Under the pieces are notes generated by a model. That model saw nothing but the letters and a program-made list of their open reading frames with translations, was not told where the DNA came from and made no database searches. This document shows, in pieces, positions 14,200 to 30,537 of a stretch of 64,000 nt of DNA (its first letter is position 1; each line of letters opens with the position of its first letter). Origin of the DNA: the human T2T-CHM13v2.0 reference genome, Homo sapiens; assembly GCF_009914755.1 (NCBI RefSeq), contig NC_060942.1; one strand, 5' to 3'. Made by a program: the position numbers and the translations under genes.

Positions 14200-14980
14200 A
14201 GCAACTAATTTATTGAGCACTTAGTATGTGCCAGGCACTTTGCAAGTATTTGACATACATTCTGTCACTTACGTTTCAGGAAACCTGCCAATCTCTTATA
14301 CCCATCTTACAGAAGATAAGGTAAGTGACTTCTCTGAGGTCACAACCAGGTAAATGATAGAACTGAGCTTATCTGCGTGGATTTTTACTTGCCAGAAGAC
14401 AACATTCCTTTGAACGAATGCACTCTGATACATTTGTTTAAAAAAATCATCATTTAATGGTTGAGTTTCTTTTCATCAATGCAGAAACAGAACACTCTGA
14501 CAGATATGAGGACTTATTGGAGTCTGGACCCAAACCACTAAGATCAGGGATTTGCAAATGTATCCCAATTCCCAGAGGAACAATTATGAGACCCTTTTAA
14601 ATGGGAAGCAGAAATGAGCCTAACAAACACTTGGAAATGGGTGACAGATAGGGACATTGGTATCCAGACACCATTATACTTTTGTGGAGAGTGTACGCCT
14701 ATAGTATGCAGAATGATGATATATTTATTTAGGTATGTAGAAGGTGCATGGTCTGGGTGTTAAGAGATGAGCCTGGTCAGTCAGAGTTGAGTTTAAACCA
14801 GGATCTGGAGGTTGCTGGCTGTGAAGTAAGTTTCTTAACCTTCAAGGCCTCAGTGTCTTCACTGCAAAATGGAAATGACTACATTACCCACTTCATGGGG
14901 TTCTTTCAGCATCAAATATATTAAGCTCCTCCAATTGTGCCTAACACATAGTAGGCACATACCAGTTAGCTACTATTATT
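14200..14980. mobile_element. Two MIR fragments (about 14200-14370 minus; about 14750-14980 plus)
   Basis: tttattgagcacttagtatgtgccaggcac...cccatcttacaga; cctcagtgtcttcactgcaaaatgg...tgcctaacacatagtaggc. Confidence 0.6.
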
Positions 14981-17089
14981 AATACTTAAGTAAAAATACA
15001 TTACTTTAATTTTCCTAAGAGTCATTCTCTAGACGAGGACATAACAGGACAAACATTCATATTCTACAAGTGTACTTAGTCTTTAACAGCAGTGTTGTAA
15101 TTCAATTAGACTACATCAAGTATGAGTTTTTTGAATATTATGAGTATTTTCCTTGCCAACATTACATAGTGTCTGGAATTAATTAAGTGATTGGTGCTAA
15201 AGTGAAGTGTCCAGGACCATTTCTGTATAAGATCTCAAAAAAAGAATAATTTGGCATGTGCTCCTTATAAAGATGAATAAACAATTTTTTTTTTCTGGAG
15301 AGGACATTTTGATCTTCAAAATATTTGGCTACAGTTTTACTTTTATACAGTTGAACAGTTACACCAAAGTTGCAGACTAAGAACACAGATGATAAAGGTT
15401 TCGACAATGAAATGTTCTTATATCATTAAGTCTTGACTTATTAAAAGCCCTATTTACAAATAAATGGAGGAGGGAAATTTCTCAGATTTCTTAACTTGGA
15501 ACACAGACTTTTTGCAAAGGCAAAAACACAAAGGGAGAAGTCCTTACTTCTCCACCCGCCTTGCAAGGACAGAGAAATCTTACACTGGAGCTGTGAACAC
15601 CCAGCTAACTCAATAGCCACTAGAGATAGGATGCTAAAGGCAGAGCGTCATAGCAGCAATACAAAAAATGGCAATTTTTTGTAATGGAAACACTATAGTT
15701 TGTCCATACTTTAAGCATGTCATGGATTAATTAGGCTCTTATCCAATCACCTTGGACACCAAGAAGTGAAACAGTCTTTCTAAACGAAAATATCTTCTGA
15801 GTTCCGAATAATCATTCCACAAATAAACTTATGGATGTTTTTTATAAACTTATGATTATTTGATGTAATTTGAAATCCTCTTGCAGTTCATATCAATCAT
15901 ACAACATTTACTGGGTTACCTCCTTAGAAAAAAAGCTAAACAAAATTATGGATGGTTTAATTACTATCTCAGATTCTCAGTACATAATCCAAATAAAATC
16001 TTTTTCATCTACCACATAATTGACAGTTTTCCTAGTAGGACTAGAAAAAAGTTGTTATTACTATACCTATACTATGACCTTGGTTACTACATTTAAAATT
16101 TTTGCCTTTATGCACTCTGTAGAATGAGCATGTTATTTAGCCTTCCTTTATATGATTTTTCTTTTCATTGTATTTTGATCTTTGGCTCAGTTACTATGAC
16201 ACCATCCAGATGTGAAAATATGCCTCTATTGACCTTACACAATACGACCATTCCCAATATGATTTTGTTTTCCTACAAGTCCTCTCAAAATTCGTTTGCT
16301 GGATTAGGTTTTTCTGCAACTATGACTTACAAAAATGCTGAAAGTAATCTAAGGTGTTTGTATAAAAGGATGATATAAAAATGGAAATAGCACAAGAGCT
16401 GATTAAAGCTAAACCTAAAATTAGATGGGTTCCCTTGATTAATGGCATAGCAACAGCCTGATGAGTGATGGGTGAAGAACAGCCATAATTGACACTAATC
16501 TAGATTCAGCAACTTTAAGAGTGAAGAACTCTCATCCCTACCATAAAGTTTTTTTTTAAGAACAAGCTTCCTCAGAGATACATAAAGTCTAAACTATTTT
16601 GGCAGTACAATCAGCTTGATAAGAGCAACTTTTTAATTTTAACTTTTTCAAACTTAATTCACTTTGCAGGAAGAGACAACTGGTTATGAACTAAGTCAAA
16701 GCCTCAGGTAAAGTACAAGTTCTTCTAGATAGGGGAATTGAGCATGCAGATCCTAAAATTCCTAGAGAACACCGCAGGATGCCTGCTGCACCATTTGCCG
16801 CACCGTTCTGAAAACCGACATTTGTTCAGGTACATTGATCAGGAAAGGGAACATTTGCACATTTATTGAGAGGAAATTAAATGGCAAGTATTGTTATGTG
16901 ACTGGAATGTAACATTCCATACTCTACCTGGTAACTTCCAAGGCTTTATTTTGGGGGGTGGGGAGAACGAAGGACTTACTACCCTCTGTGGCTTCCTTAT
17001 GGTCACATGAGGCAAATCCTTTATGAGAAGCACCAGGCTTCTAAAAGACTAGTGATCGGCTGCATGACATGTCCAATGAGAAATTTTAA

Positions 17090-17439
<350 letters not shown>

Positions 17440-17464
17440 AGTTGTAATTAATTTTTTAAATTTG

Positions 17465-18495
17465 CTTCATTTCTCAGCCTGGAGCATCCTTTTGGTGCCA
17501 GAAAGTAAAGAAATGCTTTAAAAAGGGGACAGGGGGATATAGAAAGGACACAGGAGACAGCCTGAAAGAGCTCCTAATGGCCAAGATTGAAGAATTTGAA
17601 CAAAAATATGAAATGAAGGTATTGGATTATAACACAAGGAATCTAGTAAATACCCATGAGTCCATACTCCTAAAAATAAATGAACCAAAAAATAAAAGGA
17701 GGAAAAGAAACAACTCTTCCTTATAGACTGATTCCAATTAATAGTTGTAGTATGAATGAAGAAAATAGAAAAATCACCATTAGAAAACCACAGTAATAAT
17801 TGCTACAGAGAAGATCCACTGATGAATGCTAACGTTAGTGGTTGGAAATTTAAGCTGCATAGTTTCAAAGTTTCTCCCCGCAAATACTTATTATCGCAAA
17901 GGGAAACATGTTAACAGTACAGTAGAGAAAGCCAGTAGACGCCACCTTAACCAAGTGATCAACACTAACATCATCAGTAACAAGACACATAGATATCATG
18001 TGCCCCCGATATGACAGAGGGCACGTTACCACTGTAGATTCTTTCCCAAGATGCATACCCTCAATCTAACCATGGGGAAACATGAGACAAATCCAAATTA
18101 AGGGACATTCTACGAAATGATGAGATACTCTTCAAAAGTGTCAAAGTCATGAAAGACAGGTGAAAACTGAAGAACCGCCATGGATGGGAGACCAAGGAGA
18201 TCCTAATGAGTCAACTAGTATGCAAAGTGGAATCCCAGATTGGGTCCTGGAACAGAAAAAGGACATCAGTGGAAAAATTGCGAGATCTGAACAAAGTCTG
18301 CATTTTGTTAATAGTGTGGTACCAATGTTGGTTTCATAGTTTTGGCCATTGTGCTGTGTATTTATAAGATGCTAACATTAGGGATAGCTGAATGTGGTAT
18401 ATATAGGAACTCTGTGCTGAGTTTATAACTCCTCTGTATGTCTAAAACTATTTCAAAATAAAAAGTTTAAAGGTAAAAAAAAAGATTAAAAAATA
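17465..18495 (+). mobile_element. L1MC-type LINE 3' end
   Basis: gtgccagaaagtaaagaaatgct...caccttaaccaagtgatcaa...ctggaacagaaaaaggacatcagtgg...tctaaaactatttcaaaataaaaagtt. Confidence 0.8.
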
Positions 18496-19004
18496 TAACT
18501 TGCTTTGTTGCTCTGTGTCCACATTGAGTGGTAACTTGTAGGATGGTCAGGAGTTAAACAATGAGAGTAGGGATCGTAAGTAGCTTAGAAAAGAGAAGCA
18601 TTAGTCATATGACTTGGTTCCATTTCTCCCTCAACCAATTATGAGCTGTGTGACCTAGAACAAGTTAAAGTTACTTTTCTGTAAGTTTTTTGATATTTAT
18701 AAAGGGGATGGGTCAGGGTACCAACCTCGTAAAGCTAGAAATGAAGGTTAAACAAAATCAGCTATCTAAAGAATGTAATAGTGCCTGGCGCATTGTCAGA
18801 ACCCAATCAATGTTAACCATGGTGGTGGTGATGATATGGAAGTATTGACAATGATGACAGTGAACATGAACAGCCTGTATGTGACAGCCACTAGCTCAGA
18901 CCCTCTCTCTCCACGAAGCCCCTGAGGATGTCTCATCCCCCCACACTGCTGCAGATCCCATCAGAGCCCTCTGATACTTTCTCTGTATTCCCATCCAGCC
19001 TTCT

Positions 19005-20320
19005 TCGGATGTTTATTGAGCACTTACTGCGTGACTTAGTAATGTACAGTATTAAGTAGCAGTAACACAGAGATGAAATAAAAGTGTGGGTCTCTGCTTT
19101 GGAGGGAGAAATGGACATGTTTCTTGTCTAGTGGGACAACTGCTACATGAACCAATCCTTTCTTTTAATGCAGGGAATGCTTTGCTGGAAATAAGCTCAG
19201 GTAGTATGGGAGCACCTAACCTAGCCTGAGCTGAGTCTTACCAGACGGATGGGCAGAGGATGAGGGGAAGGGATTCCAGACAGAAGGATCAAATGGATTA
19301 GAAAAGCCACAGGATCCTTGAAATAGTCATTAGTATGGGGAATATGTAAGAAGAGAGGACGGGAACATTTTGAAGAGAAGCAGGTAAGGCCCAAGTGATT
19401 GACAATTATGCACATTGAGATAAGTCCTTGAGTTTTACCCTGTGGGCAATGGATTGTAGTCAGGGGAGCAACACAGTTCTATTTGTATTTTGGAGCTACC
19501 ACTTTGACAGCATTCTGGAGAAAAGACTGGAGAAATGTAAGACTGGTTAGTGGCAGGAAGACCAAGTAGGAGAGTCTTGCCATTCTTTAAGCAAGAAATA
19601 ATAATATTAATAGTAACAAAGAAGTTATTATCATTATTATATGAATAAATTATTCTTAGGGCAATAATAGTAGAGGTGGGAAAAAGCAAGATGGATTGAG
19701 GAATATGCAGGAGGAAAAAACTGACAGGACTTGACGTCCCATTACTTGACACATAGCCTCCACTCAATGCACTAGTGCTGACTGCACCAACAGTCTGACT
19801 AGGAAAGGAGGAGTCTGCCCTGAATCCTGCTTTCTAGCTTAGGTAACTGCTGGTAATGGCACCCAACTGGGGGTGGTGCCATTTTTTGATAAAGGAGAAG
19901 GGATTGGGGAGAAATATGTTGTTGGAAAGACTGAAAGAGTACAAGATAAATGATAAATTCTGTTGTGTACAGCTTAAGGCTGAGTTGCTCATGAGGCATC
20001 TAATTCATATTTCTAACAATCCGTAAAATATTTGCCTGCAGCTCAGGAGAGGTTGAGACTAGGGAGAAGTTAAGACTCATCCCAAAGCAGTATGGTGAAA
20101 AAGAACAACTTGGGTCAAAGATGAAGCCCTAGGAAACACCAACAGGTAAAGGTTGAACAAGCGCTGTCTTGAGGAAGACCAACAAGGAAGTATCGAAAAG
20201 AGAGACAGCAGATCTAACTAAGTCTTGTACAAAAAGAAGGGCTCAGAAGAGTCCACTAGATTTAGAATGTAGTCACAAGCGGCCTCACCAGGGCGATTTC
20301 AGTTGAGTTTTGGGGATAAA
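19005..20320 (-). mobile_element. L2 fragments (antisense)
   Basis: gtttattgagcactta at the 3' end followed by purine-rich degraded L2 sequence. Confidence 0.55.
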
Positions 20321-21277
20321 TATTAATAATTCTGTGTATCAAGGAGTGAAAGATTTAAAGAAATGGAGATATTTAAATATAAATGACTATAGATACTACT
20401 ACTAATAATAATAATTGCTATGTTTTACTGATGTCTTACAGGTAAAGATAGGGCTTTGTATGTTTTGCAGGTATTATTTCATTTAATTCCCTCAATAACT
20501 CTATTATCTCTGCCATGTTAGAGACGAGGAAATAGGAAAGGGAAGGAGAAAGATAGGATGCTAGCAAGAAATTAATCAAGGAAAAGGGGTTTTTGTGTTT
20601 GCTTTGTTTCTGAAGGATAAGACAGACTTGAGCATAATCATAACTACAGGGAAAGGAATCACAGAGATGGAAAGGTTGGGATTATGGAGCCGATGGTGGG
20701 TCACAGGGCAGATTTCTGGAGGAGAGGGGATCAAGGCACAGGCGGAGGTAATGCCCTTGAACTGAGGGCTTCTCCTTCTCAGAAATCAGAAGGAAGATGA
20801 GCTCATTTATCAATAAACACCTACAAAATGGGTCAGGAAGTTGAGATAGGTCAACTGTATCACCTCAGCTTTTCATCTCAGTGCCCAAGGAAATCAAACT
20901 TCTCACTTCCTTCCCCAACTCCTCCCACTCCTACTGGACTCCCTGCCACCAACAGGACCCCAGTTCCCTGCAGCTACTCACAAGCTCGATGAAGGCTTGT
21001 GTATTGAGTGGGTTGGGGGAGATACTGGACAATGCAAGGTGGCACACAGATACCAGAACTCTACCTGATTCGGCTTTTTAAATATAATGGTAGCATCTGT
21101 AGGGCAACTAAATTCATAATGAGAACTTTTCCCTCAAAATAAACGGCCACATAGCAAAATATTTATTATTTACAATAATGATCTTCAGACTGGAGCACGC
21201 ATGCCCCTGGGAGCACACAGCTTCTCTCAAAGGCATATGCTGGCAATTGTCTAGTTTTAAGAGACTCAGGGTTTTTG

Positions 21278-21590
21278 GGCTGGCCACGGTGGCTCGCACC
21301 TGTAATCCCAGCACTTTGGGAGGCCAAGGCAGGTGGATCACTTGAGGCCAGGAGTTCGAGACCAGCCTGGTCAACATGGCAAAACCCCATCTCTACTAAA
21401 AAAAAAAAAAAAATACATACAAAACTTAGCCGGGCATGGCAGTGTGTGCCTGTAATCCCAGATACTCGTGAGGCTGAGGCAGAAGAATCACTTGAACCCG
21501 GGAGGTGGAGGTTGTAGAGAGCCAAGATCGTGCCATTGCACTCCAGCCTGGGCAACAGAGCAAGACTCCGTCTCCAAAAAAGAATAAAAG
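21278..21590 (+). mobile_element. Alu (AluSz/Sx-like)
   Basis: Full dimer flanked by gagactcagg(g)tttt duplication at 21261 and 21592. Confidence 0.95.
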
Positions 21591-21616
21591 AGAGACTCAG
21601 GTTTTCTTCTCTTTTC

Positions 21617-23281
<1,665 letters not shown>

Positions 23282-23433
23282 TAGAGCCTCAGCTTCTGGA
23301 TCCTCACACAGCTCTGCTGAAGAAAGTGGCTGTATCTGCAGCCTTTCTTTTCTCACAAGCCTCTTCCTTCCACTTGGCAATACAAACGCAAACCGGCCCC
23401 ATCCCCAAGGCAGACAGTGCACTGTCCCAGGAC

Positions 23434-23452
23434 ACAACACCTCTAGTGGGCA
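23434..23452 (-). promoter_or_regulatory. Candidate CTCF site
   Basis: Minus strand TGCCCACTAGAGGTGTTG matches the CTCF core CCAC(C/T)AG(A/G)GG; motif match only. Confidence 0.5.
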
Positions 23453-23719
23453 GAAAGAAGAAACTGTCTAAGAGATTGGTGCTGACTTCGAGAAAACAAT
23501 TTTTTTCAATAATTAGAATTACTTCAATGACTGATTAACAAATTGTTAGCCACTGAGGTAGATACATTTTAAGTTTCTCCTTTCAATCAAATTGAAGAAG
23601 GAGAATATGAAGTAACTCATAAATTAATTCAAATTGGAGGCTGTACGCTGTCATATGGTTCTCCTTCCATTTCTATCCATCCAGTTTTGTAGGTTTGTAC
23701 CTCGAGTTTATTTGTGCTT

Positions 23720-23832
23720 ATCTCAGAAAGTGAGAAAGAGAAAGAGAAAAAGAGAAAGAAAGGAGAAGAGATAGGCAAGGAAGGAAGGAAGGAAAGAAGG
23801 AAGGAAGGAAGAAAGGAAGGAAGGAAGGGAGG
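23720..23832. repeat. GA-rich/(GGAA)n simple repeat
   Basis: Polypurine tract of aaga/ggaa units. Confidence 0.9.
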
Positions 23833-26730
23833 GGTTGCTAAACCCTGTTTCATTTTAGCAATATGTAATATTTATCAACAGATACATGAGCTAGTGGGGA
23901 AAAAAATGCTCTGCCTGTATTACTAAGAGATTATTTTCCAATAACACTTTACTTTTTATGTGTAATAATTATTTGTCATAATATGTAATATGTTTGTGTC
24001 ATTTATGTCTAAGTGTGTACTTCTAATCATTGTAACAATCACTTAATCCAGAGAATATTTTTTAAAACTGAGAATATTATAGTCACATAGAATGAAAAAT
24101 TAAATTTAAATTTATATACCCATTTTGTTGCAGATGGTAACCAATAAAATATTTTCAAGCATAAAAATATTACATTAGGGTAATATTTTGAGGAGGAAGT
24201 AGAATGGAAACAGAAGTTTACGTAGGAAAAGAAATGATGCAAAATATCTGTAAGAGAAAAGTTTGTTCTTGTGCTTCTGAAATATATGATGATGGATAGA
24301 AAATTGCTACAGTATTTAAAAGATAACATAAAAGTGATGTTTGGTCATAAAAAGTATAACTGATATATAATATCTGAAATTACATGCTATATAATCATTT
24401 AAATTTAAGATAAAAATTTTAGGTGTGAACTTAAAAATGTGCATGCAGTACGTAGGTTTTCAGTGTTGTTTAGGTGGCGCATAAGTGAAAAGTGAAGACC
24501 ATTAGTCCTCAAGAGAGTACCATCTCCATCCATTCCCCAAGAGCTTCCCTTCTCTCTTCTCTATGGTTTCTACCAATTCCTCTGGATAGTAAAAAAAAAA
24601 AAAAAAAAAAAAAGTATGAGAGAAAGCAAAGGCTTTGTTGACACATCAAAGAATCCTTTTGAAACACTAAATGTGAAATAAGGATCTCCATTTCCCAGAG
24701 GTATAGCCACATTGCTAGGGGCCCCACAGAGTACACGCAAGACCTAATTAAATGCAACACGTCTGTGGGTGATACTGATTATTTGTCAACATGAGAAGAA
24801 ACTAAGGAAGTTCCAGTAACTTTCCCCAAGGCATCCTCCTAGCAATAGATATTCAAAACATTCACTGGCTCTGGAATGGAGGAAGCAGGTTAAATATTTT
24901 GTTCCTAAGGCCCATAGTTTCAGACCCCTAACTTTCCGAATTTAGAAGTTGTTGCAGGATATGTTTTGTTGTGTGCTAATCACTTCTCACCAGATACTGG
25001 AAGAGCCCTCACATGGCCCTAATATGTTCTGAACTCAAGAAATTCTATAAAAAGCTCAAGCTGAATAATTAGGGAAGGAAACCCAAAACTTTCATTAAAA
25101 CTTAAGAAACTATTTGAAGATTGATTTAATGCTGGTTATGCAGTCTCTAAGGAACATTTCTATCAATATAATCTTACAAAATTCCTCTTGATTACAATCT
25201 GTAGGTTTGATTGGACAATGTTTCCTTCAACAGGACTGCCTAGCATTTTAGAACAATTTTCAGTCATCTGAACAGGAGCACTCAAAATTATTCCTGCAGA
25301 TACAGAGGCAATCTAAAGGAAGAAATAACAAAACAAAACAGTAACATTAAACTCCCTTTTGGTAAATAGAACATTTTTAGTTAGATGGCTGCATCTTAAA
25401 GAGGTGGTCAGCTGGCTCCAGTATATTTAGCAAGTATTGGTATTTATTATACAAACTTAATCCAATGCTTAATACCAATCACTCACCTTTTAATTTGGAA
25501 TTACTGTCGCTGCTGTGTACATGACTAAAACAGTAATTAAGAGTCAGCAGGGCTCATGAACAATTAGATTAAAATGTTGCTGAGGTGTAATATATAAAGT
25601 AGTCCCCCTAATTAGAGATACCCCCATTGTGAATGAGCAGCCACATGAGTGATCACCTCAGGGATGAGAGAGGGATGAGAGGAAGGATGAGAAAGGTACA
25701 AATTCATGGTCTCCTTAAGGGCAAATGCCTTTTACTGCCCTGTTGGTAACACGCTGGTGACTGACATAGAGGCATGACTCTCTCTTACATGGAAAATATC
25801 TCTTTTTCTATGTACCTCTGCTAAGGGCAGACAGCTTTCTACAGCTACTTCTCCATGCCTTCAGGTGGGTAGTGGTTTTTCCGGCATTCCTAATTGGAAT
25901 TCATAATATATTTCTCCATGGCAACATCTTATAAAGTGTAGGTATAATTAGTTTGTATTTTAATAGTAAACTTTGGCTTTGCAGAACGCTCGGATTTTTG
26001 TTACTCTAGCTCGATGAACTTTGCTTGGAGCTGAATGCATACTCCTTTCAAATGTGTAGTCAATGCTGTTTTCTTTTAAATGTTAGCTATTTATGTATCA
26101 AGTTTTCTAAAATGCACACTTCTGAGTTTTGTTAAAAAGCACTATTTTGTCAGCTATGGGATGGTTATTGTAATTCTTACAAGGAGATATTACACAGTGA
26201 TGCTCTCAGGAGGTCTACAGGTAAGCAGCACTGCCTACCTTATTGGAAAAGGCGACAGACAACTGTGCTTTGATTGGTCTGCCTCCTCTATCCTATCCTG
26301 CCTTTAGGCTGTCAGCGATCACATCTTTATTTTTTCTGCAGGCCTCCTTTTACCATCCTCTGTCACCCCTCAAATCAAATAGGTAAGCTTTAAAATTATA
26401 TTTAGAATGAGAATACATGGTCTGTGGCTTCATCTGACTTTCCCTCTGAGTAAGAAGGACATGCTGTAACACAAGGGCTTTATAACATCTATTTTGGCTG
26501 TTCAGTGGCATTTTCTCATTTCCTGGAATATGGCATTTTGCACAAGAGAATCAAGTTATACTGAAGAGGAAAGGTGTTGCTTTTCATTACTTAAAGGGAA
26601 TTATGAGTTAACTAGGCTTGCAATGGCTGTCTTGGGTACTAAACTACCATTTATAATATTTTTAACATAAAAACTGTGTTTAAATTTCTAAACAACTGGC
26701 TCACCAGCTTCTAGAATACAGCCCATTCTT

Positions 26731-26920
26731 TTTCTTTTTCTTTTCTTTTATTTTATTTTACTTTATTTAATTTTATTTTTATTATACTTTAAGTTCTAGG
26801 GTACATGTGCACAACGTGCAGGTTTGTTACATATGTAGACATGTGCCATGTTGGTGTGCTGCACCCATTAACTCATCATTTACATTAGGTATATCTCCTA
26901 ATGCTATCCCTCCCCCACTC
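26731..26920 (-). mobile_element. Short 5'-truncated L1PA (3'UTR only)
   Basis: T-rich tail then attatactttaagttctagggtacatgtgcacaacgtgcagg; TSD cccattctt at 26722-26730 and 26921-26929. Confidence 0.92.
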
Positions 26921-28714
26921 CCCATTCTTATGTTGGGAACTTCCTTTACTCACACAGGTTTTATTTCTCTGCTGTTGCCTGGCAACGGAGATGTGGCAAG
27001 AGATGTCAGAGGTTAAGGAGCAGACTAAAGTCATTATGGAAAGCAAGCTCTTATCAGCATTTTCCATCTAACTTTGTAATCTTTGAAATAAAATAGTTTT
27101 CATTGTATCAAATGTCTGTAATTTTTTTCTTATCAAATGCCAAGTATTTAGAGACATTTTTTTCTTTCTGAATATAAGTCCACTACACATGGAGAATTAT
27201 AATTATGTGCATTGCTTTGAAATTTTGAAATGGGCTTCTCTATTACACTAGCATACTTTGAAGGTTAAAGTGAAAAACTGGCATTCTGAAGCCATGTACT
27301 ATGCCAAAAGTAGTTGTGAACACATTTGAAAGCATTCCAAGAAGTATCAGAAACAAATATTGGCTCTAAATAATATCCTCACTTTGAACCATTAGTTAAT
27401 GTTGAATTAAATTCTATTTTCAAATACATTGGCCTGCCTATTAGAAAATTATTCTTTAGAGAAAGGAACCCAAAATGTTCTATAGGTTCTCTTGTCTCTA
27501 TTTTGAAATGGAAAGGAATGTGACCAAGATTTAAGCATCATCTTTAGAGTTTATTTTTTTCAGCCTATTCTGTACCAAATGCAAGGCTCCTAAGGATTTG
27601 TTGCTCATAGGTGATTAATTGTACTCAGCGTGACACAGTTTAAGACTTCTCCAGTGGGGATAGCACAATAGGCTTTCATGGCATTTCATTTCTAGGCAGT
27701 GGGTTGGTTTCATGAGTCCTAACCCAAATTTTAAACGTTTACAAATTACTGCTATAAAGGTTAAGCGACCTGAGTTAGAATCATATCCCACATTGGTTTA
27801 AAGTGGATCCAGAGTTATTTTTGGAGAAAGATTTTTATCCCTGCTGGTTGATCCTCCTTCATTTCATCTCTGAGAGAAACCACAGTGGCTATCCATTGAG
27901 GGATATGTCCTTACATTTCATCAGGGCAAAATAACTCCACCCTTCCTCCATTCCCAAATATGTTGGCAACACTGCACTCCAAGTTTCAGTCAGAGACTAT
28001 AAGCCAAGACTCTGGGTTGGATAATTCTTCTCAAAAGCCCAGTTGGGAAAAATATATCCATGAAAGTAATTGCCTGAAGGATATAGGGACTGCCTGTTCC
28101 TCACAATTTCCTGCATTTCACTCTTGGCTAGACCTGCGTACTTGGAATCATTAGCCCTTTCAGAACTGCTTGTCCTTGCTTAGGTTTGTGCACTACGTAA
28201 ATAACCATATATTGATGAGGTCAGAGTCAGACGACAGTCTCACCAGTAGGCTTGGGAGTCTCCCACTCTACATGTGAAAAGGATGCTATCTAAGTTGTTG
28301 CTTTTTACATTACCAGTTAAGAACATCCATGGAAGAAACTTGTCTTAGGTTTTAGTACTAGGAAAACTTGGGGTTTTATGTTACAGATATTTCATATCTT
28401 CACGTTCATGTTTTCCTCTTCACTTTCACTGCTAGGAATCTAAGAGCCAAATTCCCAACCCACCTTTGTCAACTGTAAAAGACATTAAAAATATACATTT
28501 ACCCTACTTATTTTTCCTTGGCTTTAATTTTGCTTCCCATATTTTCTTTGCATCCTGACATCGTCAACTATTTATGCTACTGGAATAATTGGGATGCCTA
28601 CCTAGAGTGCCTTTGTTTTAGAATAAAGTGGGATGTGAATTTAAACAACTAACAACAAACAAAACAGTCACATGGAAGAGAGAGAAGTTGATTTTCTTAT
28701 TTGAACTTCTGAGT

Positions 28715-29037
28715 TTGTTTCTGTTTTTGTTGTTTTGGTTTTGGTTTTGTTTTTTAGAGACAGGGTCTCACTCTGTTGCCCAGGCTGCAGTGCAATGGTG
28801 TCATCGTGGCTCACCGCAGCCTTGAACTCCTGGGCTCAAGCAATCCTCCTGCCTCAGTATCCCAAGTAGCTGGGAATACAGGTGGACACCACCACACTCA
28901 GGTAATTTTTTAATATTTTGTAAAGACGGGGTCTTGCTATGTTGCCCAGGCTTATCTCAAACTCCTGGCCTCAAGCAATCCTCCCACCTTGGCCTCCCAA
29001 AGTGCTGGGATTACAGGCATGAGCCACTGTATCTGTC
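28715..29037 (-). mobile_element. AluJ, antisense
   Basis: gcagccttgaactcctgggctcaagcaatcctcc AluJ diagnostics. Confidence 0.93.
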
Positions 29038-30030
29038 AGCTCTTCTGCTTTGTGAATCCAGGTGGAAAGAAGGACACCCATGCCCTCTCCCCACTTCTTG
29101 CTGCTGAGAGCCCTGGTATTTAGAGAGATGTTGAGAGCTGGGCATAAAAGGAATAAGGGGGAGCCAGGAGGGTGCAGAAGAGGGAAATAAAGGATGTCTC
29201 ACTCTTTGGCAGCAAGGAAGAAAGTAAGTTTCTACGGTCACGTCTAAGGAAAGTCAAGAAAGTGCAAGTCAGGAACTTCTTGCATTAAATGCAAGGGTGA
29301 CATTTAAAATCCTGACACATCCAATTTGTGTAACATAAGAATGTCATCTCCAGAATGCATATTTATGAAGCAGTTTTCTTCATCTAACTACAATACTACT
29401 GCATCACCACTTGGCCCACACACAGACGCAATTCAAAGTCATCTCAAACCTGTTACTATATTTTCTACCCACAGAAGTAAGAGAACAGCTTCATTAGAAA
29501 ACAAAACACATGAGGAATTTTAAAAAATTGCCTTGGCTAAGTAAAATGGTAATATTGCCAATCAAAAGCAATCATATACCTCCAATAAATAGGACTAGAA
29601 TAATTCAGTAGCTATACGGAGGAAATGTAACTATAAATATGGACTCTTAGAAGCCACTATGGCTAGAGACAGGGTAGGGATATCCCTAGGTAGCTAACAT
29701 TTACTCATATATGTAGATCATCAGTGGGGAAGAGGTTTTATGTTAGAATGTTTAGAAGTCTAGGTACACACATCAGTTCACTGGGTTGGTTCAAAGACTA
29801 GCAGGCACCTCAGCACTTCAGCAGACACCATTTCCTATGTTCCTTTCCTACTTCTATACCCATCAGGACCCTCATCCCATGTAGAAAACAAACCTCTAGA
29901 GATTTTTTATTATAAATATTATTACAGTCACATTATGCTTACACAAATAAGAAAAAATTAACTACTTATGTTTTTAAAAAGTCAAGAATAGGTTAGAGAG
30001 CTCAGACGAAGAATTACCTAACTTCAATGA

Positions 30031-30336
<306 letters not shown>

Positions 30337-30404
30337 TAATTTACTTTAATTCGCTAGTGATTACACTAGATGTACCATGGATATGAACCTTATATTACAG
30401 TCAG

Positions 30405-30537
30405 ATTTTTTTCTTGTTTAGAAATGGGGTCTTGCTACATTGCCCAGACTGGCCTTGAACTCCTGGACTCAAATGATCCTCCAACCTCAGCCTCTAGAGT
30501 AACTGAGACTATCAGCACATGCTACCTGAGCCTGGCT
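30405..30537 (-). mobile_element. FLAM/Alu left monomer
   Basis: ggggtcttgctacattgcccagactggccttgaactcctgg. Confidence 0.8.
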
